A stretch of 62,375 bases of DNA from a virus (Duplodnaviria; Caudoviricetes). The DNA lies in the IMG/VR virus record IMGVR_UViG_3300034112_001193, positions 1 to 62,375 of that record; one strand, written 5' to 3'. A model generated the notes under the pieces. The model saw only the letters and a list, made by a program, of their open reading frames with translations. It was not told where the DNA came from and did no database searches. A program made the translations under genes and the position numbers. Positions 17,389-27,254 of the stretch are shown here, in pieces (position 1 is the stretch's first letter; every line of letters starts with the position of its first letter).

Positions 17389-19518
17389 TTAACAAGGGTT
17401 GTTTGCTTTAAATTCTTGAGCAGCGGCGATTGCGGCTTGCTCGGCTAATTTCTCTGCTTCTTCTTTAGCATGAGCATAGCTAACAGTCGAAATAAAAGAT
17501 GCGCTTGCCGTTGCCGAAATTGTGCGTGAACTAGCGTTGCAATTCAAGGTTGCTGTTTTAAATACCTTTGCAGACCATGTAACTTGATTCAAAAAAGTGT
17601 TTTCGTAAGGACTAGGAGCAAGGTCAACAGTAAAATTCTCACCATTTTGACCAACAACGCACGATTCCGTTTCTGACAATTGAGGTACTCCGGTAGCTTT
17701 TTCGCTCCAAGGGTCCATAAACATTCGGACAATTTCAATCCCCATTTCTCCACACCATTCAATTAAAACAGAAAAAGCCTTGTCAACATCATTGGTGAGT
17801 GAGCTTTCGCAAGTTTCGTAAGATTGCAACCTATTAGTTGATTCGGTAATTAACCTGCGATATTGCGTGTTTAAAAATCCTACTTTTTTAATCTGCTCTT
17901 CAAAATCTGTTCCTTTGTACTGAAAATCATTTGTTACTGCAAGCAACCTTGTATTTAAAATTGGAAGATATCTGCCCTTTGATCCGCGATAAGAAACACG
18001 CACATCAACTGTCCCTCCAATTTCCATTGCCTCAATTTCGGAATAAATAAATTGTTTTAAATCCATGCCGTCACCTAACAATGGGGATTCATATTGGCAA
18101 TAAATTCGGTTGTATAGGGTGGTGCTAGTGCCATCAGGATTCAATTGAAGATAAGAGTCATAGCGTTCAGGCTGAAAAGCCTCCCAAAGATGGTTGTAAG
18201 AACCATCAGTTGTTGGAGCGTAGTCAATTGAAAATTGAAAGCATCTATTCTGATTTTCAATTTTTCCGTTTGCCCATTGCACAGGTCGAGTTCCGGTCCA
18301 CACACCACACCACGCAGGAGTGCGAGCTTGCCCCCATTCGGCGGCTGGAGCGTAATCCAAAACCATCGTGTCAGTATTTAGCTTTGAAAGATGTGGAACC
18401 GAATAAAGCAAATAATTCTCAAATGAAGTTGCACAAATGTTGGAAGCATCTCCATCCATCAACCGCTTCGTTCGCGCCATTTCGATGTCTTTGAAAAGCA
18501 CCTGTGAGGATAAATATGATGCCGCCGCGACATCCGCCGCTACCAATCCACCTTCGGAGTACCACCACATCTGTCCTGCCTGAAAAGCAATAGATCGGGC
18601 GGCAATGCACCCCACGGTTGGGTAAAGCGTGTTCTGAAAGTTTGCAGTAGTTACCCATTGGGTGCGATCCAGAATTCCGCTGGCAAGCGAGTAGGTGGCG
18701 CGATCTGTAAAGACAATTAAGCGGGTCGATGTATCCTGACCAACATAGCTAACCATCCCGGTTACAGGTCGAACAAAGGCAAAATCTCCGCGCCCCGTCC
18801 CTTCTGTGCGTTCTTTCCAACTAGTCGGGTCACCCAAGTCTGACGCTAGCACGATATTTTTATCCGCGATCCACATCCTATTGCCAGAATAAGCCATGTG
18901 AGTTCCTACCGGAATGTTAGAATCCTGAAATCCATTTTTGTCACTACCATCCCACCATCCCGGAGCAGATATACCATCCTGCACCATCACAATGGTGTGC
19001 GCCGGGGTAACTAGTTCGTTCTCGGAGGTCGCTAGGTTTGCGGTTTTGGTTGCTAAAGCGAAATAAACATTCTCAACATCTTTATCCAGCTTTATGTTTT
19101 TAAGTTTAAAATCATTCCAGTTTTTTGGTTGTTCAAGCGGGAATGGAGCATAGTAAACGCTACCATCAACAGCAAAAACCATGTAACTCAATTCATTTTT
19201 CACAACCCCTTCGCCTTCGACATTAAATATTTTGGCCGGGACAACAGTTGTCACGCCCCGTTCTTCGCGAGTAAATGCCGATTCCTTTTGCTTGTTTGCC
19301 TGAAATATAATTCCACCTTGCAAATTGCCGGGAGGCAAAGAAAGCCGCATTGCATAACCGGGGCGAGTTTGCGCGATTCCGCCGCGAATAGTAAGATTTG
19401 TTCCCCACTTAAATTGATTTTCAGGCAACGCCCAAGGGTTGCGAACTGAATTAACTCCCTGCGTCCATCCGGTCGTGACTTTTTGAAGTCTACCTGCTGT
19501 GATGTTTTCGCTTTTCAT
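17389..19518 (-). CDS. Tail nozzle / tail tubular protein B-like (P22 gp10-like stabilisation protein)
   Basis: 709 aa, beta-rich (propeller-like), GVNS..NPWALPENQ..W..N...RGG...TRPG N-terminus; follows the adaptor gene. Confidence 0.7.
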   Translation of the reverse strand: MKSENITAGRLQKVTTGWTQGVNSVRNPWALPENQFKWGTNLTIRGGIAQTRPGYAMRLSLPPGNLQGGIIFQANKQKESAFTREERGVTTVVPAKIFNVEGEGVVKNELSYMVFAVDGSVYYAPFPLEQPKNWNDFKLKNIKLDKDVENVYFALATKTANLATSENELVTPAHTIVMVQDGISAPGWWDGSDKNGFQDSNIPVGTHMAYSGNRMWIADKNIVLASDLGDPTSWKERTEGTGRGDFAFVRPVTGMVSYVGQDTSTRLIVFTDRATYSLASGILDRTQWVTTANFQNTLYPTVGCIAARSIAFQAGQMWWYSEGGLVAADVAAASYLSSQVLFKDIEMARTKRLMDGDASNICATSFENYLLYSVPHLSKLNTDTMVLDYAPAAEWGQARTPAWCGVWTGTRPVQWANGKIENQNRCFQFSIDYAPTTDGSYNHLWEAFQPERYDSYLQLNPDGTSTTLYNRIYCQYESPLLGDGMDLKQFIYSEIEAMEIGGTVDVRVSYRGSKGRYLPILNTRLLAVTNDFQYKGTDFEEQIKKVGFLNTQYRRLITESTNRLQSYETCESSLTNDVDKAFSVLIEWCGEMGIEIVRMFMDPWSEKATGVPQLSETESCVVGQNGENFTVDLAPSPYENTFLNQVTWSAKVFKTATLNCNASSRTISATASASFISTVSYAHAKEEAEKLAEQAAIAAAQEFKANNPC

Positions 19519-22500
19519 TAGAACACAACAGGGTCTTCACCGTCAGCATAGACTAGATTTTGAATTTGAGGTGGCGAGAAAGCATGACCATCGATGTGTT
19601 CTTGCTGACTCTTTAGATATTGAAAAGCAATTCCCCAATATCGAGTTGCCTGTTCTGCAAAATCTTTGTCTTCCAAGTCGCAAGCGTGAACCGCTGTAAC
19701 GATTGCTCGTTCATGCTCCAATGGAACATAATCGTGAATGCTGGTGACGGTTGGCGGGGTTAATCGATATGCAATTCGCGCCCAAGCACACTTCTTGCCA
19801 ATGCGAATTCTGCGATATTGTGGATTAATTTCATCGGGGTGATATTGGCCGATCAAGGTCAAATCATTTCCTCGACCATAATCCCAACAATAAAGCGACA
19901 CATATCCATCAGTTTTTGGCTTTTCGATGTGTGCAATATTCTTGACTAGCACCGGACCTTGAACGCTATCGACAAAGAATTTTGATGTGGTTTTATTCCC
20001 AGATGTCAGAAATTGAATTCGACCAGTTGTCGATGGTTCATTCTTTGCATTTTCGAGAGTATTGTAAATTTCAAATGTATCAGAATCAATTTTACGAACG
20101 AAATAAGTGATGCCTGCATTTAATCCACTAGGCAAAACATCCCCATCTGTTGCCCTGACCGTCACGCTTTGCCCCGTTTCAAACAAGCAAGCAGGAGCAT
20201 AAATGCTAGTCGAAGGTTGGACCGTCATAACCCTGCGAATGTCTAGGGTTAGCCTGCCTGTTCCGGGAGCAGATAGGTTTACTAAATTTCCATTGCTGTA
20301 AGCCTTGACCCTATTTCCAAACAATTTTATGGTATATTGTTGTCCCGCTACTAAAGGAGATGGCAATGTTCCAGATGACCTAAATTCGACTATTTCATCA
20401 TCTGCAATAAATTGAATATTGTCTGGCTCAATTAAGTTGTCATAAACGGAAGGTGTAACTGTATAGCGGATTCCGTAATATGTTTGGCCCGTTCCAAGTG
20501 AAGTTGTTATTACTTGACCAGCATTTCCGCCAGCTTGTGCATTAGCTTGTGAATTATAAACCCTTGAAGATTTATCCGTATCTTTACGCAACCAGAATCC
20601 TGTAACTCCATTATCAATAGCAGGAGTTGTTGCTGGAAGCTGGAAGTCGCTTCCAAAATAAAATTCTTGGATTTGATTTATAGAAGAAAAATCACCCCGC
20701 CAGTTCCCTGTAAATGCTATTCCAAAAGACCTAGAGAGAACCACATATAATGTTCCTGACCCTGATGATTTTATATCTACATCCGAAAAATCTGTTCCCT
20801 TAATTGTAAAGCTATTTCCCGGCGTTGGATTTTCAGCCAAATATGCTGTTCCAGCTACAAGTGGCAACGGCAATGTCCCTGTGCTTTGAAATTCTACATA
20901 TACACCAGTTGAGGGGAAAATAGTAACAGCAGGGGCAAGCGTGTAGCCACTTCCTCGCGTGATAATGTCAATAGAAGTTACCTGACCTCCGGACACATTG
21001 GCTTTTGCCGTTGCGCCTGTTCCTCCTCCACCTTCAACTTTAACCTGTGGGGCTTGATTGTATCCGCTCCCTCCATCAACTAGAATAAATCGAGATATAA
21101 ACGATCTGGTAATTGTTGCCGTTGCGGTAGCTTGATTTCCTGCAACTATTTTTGCCGCAGTAATATTACCTGTTGGAGCAGGCAATACGCGAACAGCAGT
21201 CATGCTTCCTGAAGCAACTCCTAATGCGCTTCCAGCTAAAAATGTAAATGTTTGTTGATCTGGAGTTCCTGTAACTGTTTTTATTCCATTGTATCCTGTA
21301 GGTGTAACACCAAATATTTCTACTTGACTTCCTGTGGTTAAATTATGATTGCCTGAAGTTGTTACTGTTGCTACAAAAGATATTGGGTCAGTAGTTATCG
21401 ATGTTACTGACAATGGAACAATTGGATATGTAAAACTATTATCAGTTTTATTTGAGACTGTTCTGGCTCCATTATATACAATGGGATTTGCACCAGATAT
21501 TTGAACTTGCTCTCCGTTATTGAAATCGTGATTTGCGGCAGTAGTTACAGTAGCTAAAAGGGCAGTTCTGTCTTCAACAATTGATTGAACATTAAAAATT
21601 ACACCAACAGGTGGATCAATAATAACTGTTGGGTCGCTTTCATATCCTTCTCCCGGATCAGTAATAATGATTTCACTTATAGTATTATTTATAGTATTTC
21701 TTATTGCGTATCCAGTTGCTGTTTTTGATGTTTGCCCATCAGGGGGTGGTGGCGGCGCACTAAATGTAACTTTTGGTTCTGCTGTGTAGTTTGATCCTCC
21801 AGCAGTCACCCTTACGCTCGTAACTGGACCAACGGAAACAGCAGTAAATGCCGCATTGACCCCAGAAGCGGGAGGGATGGATAGATTCGGAGCGGTGACT
21901 TGATTGATTTTGCCAGTAGTTATATTGGCAGGAATTAATTTAACAAGAGATACAATGCCGCTTCCGGGAGTTAAAAAAACAATGGGATTTACAAAGAATG
22001 TATCGGTAGAAGCGTTAGCGTCTGCTTGGTTTTCGTGAAGAGTGATGCTGGTTGAATTAATTACATTTACGAAATATGTTTTATTTGCAATTAATGGTCT
22101 TGGTAAAACCCCGCCAGCGGTAAATGTTTGGACCTGATCTCCATCTTGGAAAAGGTGGGGAATCTCAAAAGTTAATTTTGTTTCAGGGAAAATTTCTTTA
22201 CGGATATCTACATCAATTGGCGCAGTAGACCCTGTGGTGTAAATCTCCCCGTAATTATTTTGGGCATTTTCCTCCGTTTCAAAAATCTGAAGATTTGTGC
22301 TGTCTAAAAGATTTCCGAAATATGTAGTCTCGGTTTTGAGCGGGGCTGGAAGTTGTTGCCCCGGCTTGAAAAATATTGGATTTGCAGAATTGATCCCGAT
22401 TGTTGGTGCTTCTGCAAATCGTAAGGCAGTAACAACTCGACTTGCCCTTTCATCCAGAAATTCAAGCGGACCAGCACCAACTATAGATTGAAGAGAGATT

Positions 22501-23249
22501 GGATAATCACCAGATTGAGCATTTAAAGAGTCATTGAATAGCTTAATTGTAAAAGCATCGACCACGCCAATGTAATAAGTCTGACCATCCGCAAGAGGAA
22601 CCGGAATAGTGCCGCTTATTGCCGTGACGCTCATCCCTTGACCAGAATTTAATTGATGTGCTGTAGAAGATTTAAATTCTTGAAGAGGTGTGATTGCAAC
22701 TTCGCGAGTAACCACATTTGCTCCAGATGGAGTAATGACTCCGTAGGCAAAGTCGGAAATCGAATTGATCGGGATCAGCAATCCATCCACGCCAGTTCCA
22801 TCAGGCAGTTGACTGCGAATTGAACGATTTAAATTGTCCGTTCCGACAACTCGGATGGTCTTGCCTACATCATTACTTGATTCGGCAATGGCAACCAATT
22901 CTCCGGGTTGGACGATTTCCATGAGAGTTGCCACATAGCCTCGGTCATCCCATGCCCACTCCACCGGGGAGAAGCGTCCCCCGCCATTTACATGATACTG
23001 GAAAAGCCGATTGCGAAAGTAAACCGGACTGCCATCGACATTGACCGCTAACGGCACAGAAACGCCGCGAGGCAACGCAATAGAGCATCCGTCCCACCCT
23101 GTGCATACATCGATCTCTGCGGTCGAGTGAGTCCAATGCCCAGACTCCATTAAAGTCTGGGTCGCCTGCGAGATTTTTCGGAAAATCTTACTCTTGTCCG
23201 TTGTGCCTAAAATCTCCGCGCATTCATCAAAAATCTGGCTTACAAACAT
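19518..23249 (-). CDS. Head-tail adaptor (tail tubular A-like) with a large insertion of repeated beta domains
   Basis: Helical adaptor-like N- and C-termini around ~7 LPxPLxAGxTY repeats, GSGY..AP.V repeats and T.T...H....G..V.I.G (FCCH-like) domains. Confidence 0.6.
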   Translation of the reverse strand: MFVSQIFDECAEILGTTDKSKIFRKISQATQTLMESGHWTHSTAEIDVCTGWDGCSIALPRGVSVPLAVNVDGSPVYFRNRLFQYHVNGGGRFSPVEWAWDDRGYVATLMEIVQPGELVAIAESSNDVGKTIRVVGTDNLNRSIRSQLPDGTGVDGLLIPINSISDFAYGVITPSGANVVTREVAITPLQEFKSSTAHQLNSGQGMSVTAISGTIPVPLADGQTYYIGVVDAFTIKLFNDSLNAQSGDYPISLQSIVGAGPLEFLDERASRVVTALRFAEAPTIGINSANPIFFKPGQQLPAPLKTETTYFGNLLDSTNLQIFETEENAQNNYGEIYTTGSTAPIDVDIRKEIFPETKLTFEIPHLFQDGDQVQTFTAGGVLPRPLIANKTYFVNVINSTSITLHENQADANASTDTFFVNPIVFLTPGSGIVSLVKLIPANITTGKINQVTAPNLSIPPASGVNAAFTAVSVGPVTSVRVTAGGSNYTAEPKVTFSAPPPPPDGQTSKTATGYAIRNTINNTISEIIITDPGEGYESDPTVIIDPPVGVIFNVQSIVEDRTALLATVTTAANHDFNNGEQVQISGANPIVYNGARTVSNKTDNSFTYPIVPLSVTSITTDPISFVATVTTSGNHNLTTGSQVEIFGVTPTGYNGIKTVTGTPDQQTFTFLAGSALGVASGSMTAVRVLPAPTGNITAAKIVAGNQATATATITRSFISRFILVDGGSGYNQAPQVKVEGGGGTGATAKANVSGGQVTSIDIITRGSGYTLAPAVTIFPSTGVYVEFQSTGTLPLPLVAGTAYLAENPTPGNSFTIKGTDFSDVDIKSSGSGTLYVVLSRSFGIAFTGNWRGDFSSINQIQEFYFGSDFQLPATTPAIDNGVTGFWLRKDTDKSSRVYNSQANAQAGGNAGQVITTSLGTGQTYYGIRYTVTPSVYDNLIEPDNIQFIADDEIVEFRSSGTLPSPLVAGQQYTIKLFGNRVKAYSNGNLVNLSAPGTGRLTLDIRRVMTVQPSTSIYAPACLFETGQSVTVRATDGDVLPSGLNAGITYFVRKIDSDTFEIYNTLENAKNEPSTTGRIQFLTSGNKTTSKFFVDSVQGPVLVKNIAHIEKPKTDGYVSLYCWDYGRGNDLTLIGQYHPDEINPQYRRIRIGKKCAWARIAYRLTPPTVTSIHDYVPLEHERAIVTAVHACDLEDKDFAEQATRYWGIAFQYLKSQQEHIDGHAFSPPQIQNLVYADGEDPVVF

Positions 23250-23252
23250 AGG

Positions 23253-23546
23253 TCACACCATACCACGGGAGAGTTCCTGTGCAAATGCGGCGAGGTCGGC
23301 ATCTTCAGTCGGGCTTGCTGGTGCAGGGGGCATCATCGCTCCTTCACCAGATGCGGCGGCTTGCCCTTCGATATCGACTGCCAGAGCGTCAATAGCCTCT
23401 GCCAATTGCACCACGATGCCGTGTAACTGGTCGAAAGTGGATTTCGGGATGCTCATCATTACCTCGCCTTCCGCAGGCATTGCAGGAGGCATGGCGGTGG
23501 CATCAGTCATTGCCTCGGAAGGCATGGGTGTGTTTTGGTTTTTCAT
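23253..23546 (-). CDS. Hypothetical acidic Pro/Ala/Met-rich protein
   Basis: 97-aa ORF, packed. Confidence 0.65.
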   Translation of the reverse strand: MKNQNTPMPSEAMTDATAMPPAMPAEGEVMMSIPKSTFDQLHGIVVQLAEAIDALAVDIEGQAAASGEGAMMPPAPASPTEDADLAAFAQELSRGMV

Positions 23547-23548
23547 GT

Positions 23549-23908
23549 TTAATCTTCTTCAGCTTCTTTCAAGCCATTTTCAATTTCGTCTTCGTCATCT
23601 TCTTCATCTTCGGATTCCATTTCGGAATCATTGGATTTGATGCCGTAGATACACAATTCGACGGTGTGACGCTTATCAGTCTTACCATTGCGGCTAGTTG
23701 TTTCCTTGCGCTCCATCACTTTTTTAAAGTAGATCGTTGCCTCGCCCTCTTTAGGCAAACCTTCCAGTCCCTCAGCATTCTCGAAATAAAGCGAGGGATA
23801 ATGATATTCGCTATCATCAATCGAATTGCCAAGATCAATTGGCTTTGATTTCTCCCCAAGATCGACAAAACCTTCAGGCAAGTCTTTAGGTGATGGTTCG
23901 TATGGCAT
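23549..23908 (-). CDS. Hypothetical acidic protein
   Basis: 119-aa ORF with D/E-rich tail. Confidence 0.65.
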   Translation of the reverse strand: MPYEPSPKDLPEGFVDLGEKSKPIDLGNSIDDSEYHYPSLYFENAEGLEGLPKEGEATIYFKKVMERKETTSRNGKTDKRHTVELCIYGIKSNDSEMESEDEEDDEDEIENGLKEAEED

Positions 23909-23909
23909 A

Positions 23910-24125
23910 TTAATCTTTAAAAATACCTTGTTCTTCTTCAGCTTTCTTCACATATTCGTAAAGATTTTTTAAATAAGGATTAGCTTTTCGCATCAATGGC
24001 AGATTTTCATTAAAAATAACCATTTTCAATGATTCTTCTGTATGAGAATATTGCTTTTCCCGTTCTTTAATTGCTTCGATTTGTTCGTCTGTTAGAAAAC
24101 AGCATCCTTCAGGTATATTAAACAT
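23910..24125 (-). CDS. Hypothetical protein (possible tailspike accessory)
   Basis: 71-aa AT-rich ORF directly after the tailspike. Confidence 0.55.
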   Translation of the reverse strand: MFNIPEGCCFLTDEQIEAIKEREKQYSHTEESLKMVIFNENLPLMRKANPYLKNLYEYVKKAEEEQGIFKD

Positions 24126-24126
24126 A

Positions 24127-27100
24127 TTAAATAATATTTGTTAAAGTTGTGATTGTTGCGCTAGGGTCTTTTGGTTTAGTTGCTCCAACATTATATACTG
24201 TATGCGTTCCGATAAGACTGTAAGTTTGAGTTGAACTTGGTTCAATAGTTGTAAAATATAATTCGCCACCGTTTATTACATTTGCATTTTTAATAACAGA
24301 TTTAAAAATTTTTCCTCTATTTGTTGGACTCGAACTATTAAGTTGAACATAACAATTATTGGTATTCCCAAAGATAACACAATTTTCTATTATTCCTGAT
24401 GTATAAATAAATTTGTCCAAATCTAAAACAATCCGACAATCTTTAACAATAAATAGCTCAATAATATTTTTGAATGGTTTTTTAAATATACAATTAAAAA
24501 ATCCACCTATATTATGAAATGTTCTTGCTGGATCGTTTGTAACTTCACATTCAAAAACACAATTTATAAATTGAGTCAAACCAGAATAGTCTTCTGAAAG
24601 ATTGTCCTTAAATGCCGCTCCTGATCCTGCGGAATTATTTTTAAAAATACAGTTTTTAAATGTCAAGCCATAACCATTGCTGCTCCATACCGGACCCAAA
24701 ACAGAATCCCTTGCAGATATAAAAGTCATATTCTCAAAAGAATTAAAATACGGATAAAAGTCAACAATCAAAGAACCAAAGGTTCCGTATGATGGATTTG
24801 TTGTTGTATCTTTTGCTGTTTCAATAACAACATCATTTGGATTAGATGAAGTTCCAATAAATTTTCTAAAATATCTTAAACTGTCAATTCCTTGCGGAAG
24901 AATATAATGACCGGGTTCTATTAAAAGAATTTGGTGGCAATTAGTCCACGATGAATAAGTTCCGACATCACCCCCATAAATTGGGTATGTTATTCTAATT
25001 GCCCTATCCAATGCAATTCCGTTTAAAATTGGATCACCATATCGTCCACGAACACGAATTGGACCGTAGATATTTTGAGAATATAATTCAATTCCTTTTT
25101 CATCAGTATTATTGTCAGAATCCCAACTTAAAAAATCTAAAGGACTATATGACATTGTTAATTGCGGTGTGGCTTGGGTTCCTGTAAATGAAGAACTAAA
25201 CACCTCAAAAGTTGTAGCGGTTGAATTATAAATTACTAAAGTAGTTGACCAATAATTAGGAATTAGTCCCTCTATTTTTACAAGACTGCTGTTTACTAAA
25301 TTATGAGGAACAGTTGTTGTTATTGTTATCATATTACCGCTTCCGGGTATATTTGGTCCGGGAGCTACTGATGCAATCTGAATAACTTCTTCATTATAAT
25401 GTATTTCATTTTTAGGGAAATTTATGAGTTCTTGTTTAATTGTTCTTACAATTCCCCTTGTTGTAGCTGTGGTTGCAATTGTTTTTTCAAGAACATATGT
25501 AAATGTTGTTGGACTTGTAATTGTTATTTTATAAAAACCATTATATTCATATGGAAATGCACCATTTATTTGAATGTATTGATTGTTAGATAAATTATGC
25601 GCTGATGGGGTTGTAACAGTAACAATATTACCGGACTTTGTCATCGTGGCAATTGCATTACCTTCTCTTCTATATTCACTTCCACCAACCCAATTGTTTT
25701 CAACAGCAAGACAATTCATTAATTGAATTGGATTTGTTACTTCAAAAACATTTCCTTTAAGCAAATGATTGCTATTTTTTCCACCTAACCAATCAGGACT
25801 TTGACTTTGACTTCTTATCCAAATAGCGGGAGCGATTGCATCGTATGTTTTATTTGTAAAAAGTTCTCCTGTTGGGAAACCTCCCAAGGTTGTATTGATT
25901 GAAAATTGAGTATTTGAAATTCTTGTTATTGGACCAAATTGATTGTCGTATGGGGAAGAAATTCCGCCTTGCATAAAAGGACGCAAATAAACATTTTGTC
26001 CGGTAGTCATTCCGTGAGGAATGTCTGTTTCAATTGTAATTGAGGTAGGGCTTGATGCTATGGTTTTAAAACCAATTGGCATTTTTGTAAAAACATTGTT
26101 TTCTATAATTGTGTTTTGGATGTGTTGAAAATACATACACCAAAAACTACTTGGTCCTACTCTAAATGTATTGTCTTTAATAAATAGTCTGTTGGGAGTT
26201 GTGCTTTTATATTGATCCAACCCCATTTGAAATTGAACATCAACATGATTGTCCTCAAATAAATTATTAACAACACGAGATGTATCCCAACCAAAGGAAT
26301 CTCCATAACACCCTACATTTGCGTGTTTAAAGTGACATCCTTCTACAAGAGTCATCGGACCACTTGGTTGAAAAGTATAAGAACTATAAATTGATCGATC
26401 TGGAGTTCCGAATGCTTTCAAGCCGCGAACAATTGAACTTACGCCTGACCGCATCGATTTGCTATCGATATAACCCAAAGTAACCCACCCAAAAAGACAA
26501 ACAGAAACATATACAGACCCCGTGCTATTCGGTTGTGGATTTGTTGCGACACAGTTTTCACACAAAACATTATCCCCGCTAACAACAAAAACAAAACATT
26601 CTGCCAATGCTTGTCCTGCACCAGCACCTCCAAAATTTATAGCTTTAACATTTTGGATTGTTGCATTGTTGCCATAAATATTTATTGCAATTCCTAAAGC
26701 CGCAATATCTCGCGTTGCTTGAAAATTACAATCAATTGTTAAATCTCTAATAACAACATTATCACCATAAATATTTATTGGTGCTTGCCCATTTCCTGCG
26801 GCTCGACCAATAACTCTTAAAATTGTTTTATCTATTCCTTCTCCAATAACATTTACTCTGTTTTTCCAGTTATTTGTGTTGTTCGGGGCGTATTGATCAA
26901 AATCGACAAATACTTCAAATATCCCCTCCATTAAATGAACTGTGGAATCAGCAGGAATAACATTTTTAATTAAGTTTCCAAATTTAGTTGCAGTAGAACC
27001 ATCAAATGGATCGTCAGCAGTTCCTTTCCCCGCTATTCCATCAGTTCTTGGTGAAATGTAATATGATTGCAGTCCCGGAATTGCAGATAAAGTGGTTCCT

Positions 27101-27216
27101 GATGCAAGTTGACCAGCACCCATTTTGCTTGGTGCAATTGCGGCTGAAGCGGAGATGTCGGCATCGATGATTGTGCCGTTTTCAATTACATTAGAAGTTA
27201 CTAGAGTTAGTGGCAT
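24127..27216 (-). CDS. Tailspike/depolymerase, right-handed beta-helix (pectin-lyase-like) with inserted FCCH-like domains
   Basis: G.GT..DPF, VHLMEG.F, IGEGIDKTIL, V.IRDLTID and I.NN.F repeats; AT-rich. Confidence 0.8.
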   Translation of the reverse strand: MPLTLVTSNVIENGTIIDADISASAAIAPSKMGAGQLASGTTLSAIPGLQSYYISPRTDGIAGKGTADDPFDGSTATKFGNLIKNVIPADSTVHLMEGIFEVFVDFDQYAPNNTNNWKNRVNVIGEGIDKTILRVIGRAAGNGQAPINIYGDNVVIRDLTIDCNFQATRDIAALGIAINIYGNNATIQNVKAINFGGAGAGQALAECFVFVVSGDNVLCENCVATNPQPNSTGSVYVSVCLFGWVTLGYIDSKSMRSGVSSIVRGLKAFGTPDRSIYSSYTFQPSGPMTLVEGCHFKHANVGCYGDSFGWDTSRVVNNLFEDNHVDVQFQMGLDQYKSTTPNRLFIKDNTFRVGPSSFWCMYFQHIQNTIIENNVFTKMPIGFKTIASSPTSITIETDIPHGMTTGQNVYLRPFMQGGISSPYDNQFGPITRISNTQFSINTTLGGFPTGELFTNKTYDAIAPAIWIRSQSQSPDWLGGKNSNHLLKGNVFEVTNPIQLMNCLAVENNWVGGSEYRREGNAIATMTKSGNIVTVTTPSAHNLSNNQYIQINGAFPYEYNGFYKITITSPTTFTYVLEKTIATTATTRGIVRTIKQELINFPKNEIHYNEEVIQIASVAPGPNIPGSGNMITITTTVPHNLVNSSLVKIEGLIPNYWSTTLVIYNSTATTFEVFSSSFTGTQATPQLTMSYSPLDFLSWDSDNNTDEKGIELYSQNIYGPIRVRGRYGDPILNGIALDRAIRITYPIYGGDVGTYSSWTNCHQILLIEPGHYILPQGIDSLRYFRKFIGTSSNPNDVVIETAKDTTTNPSYGTFGSLIVDFYPYFNSFENMTFISARDSVLGPVWSSNGYGLTFKNCIFKNNSAGSGAAFKDNLSEDYSGLTQFINCVFECEVTNDPARTFHNIGGFFNCIFKKPFKNIIELFIVKDCRIVLDLDKFIYTSGIIENCVIFGNTNNCYVQLNSSSPTNRGKIFKSVIKNANVINGGELYFTTIEPSSTQTYSLIGTHTVYNVGATKPKDPSATITTLTNII

Positions 27217-27254
27217 AGATATTTTTTTCTAAAATTTTGTATGGAATATCAATT

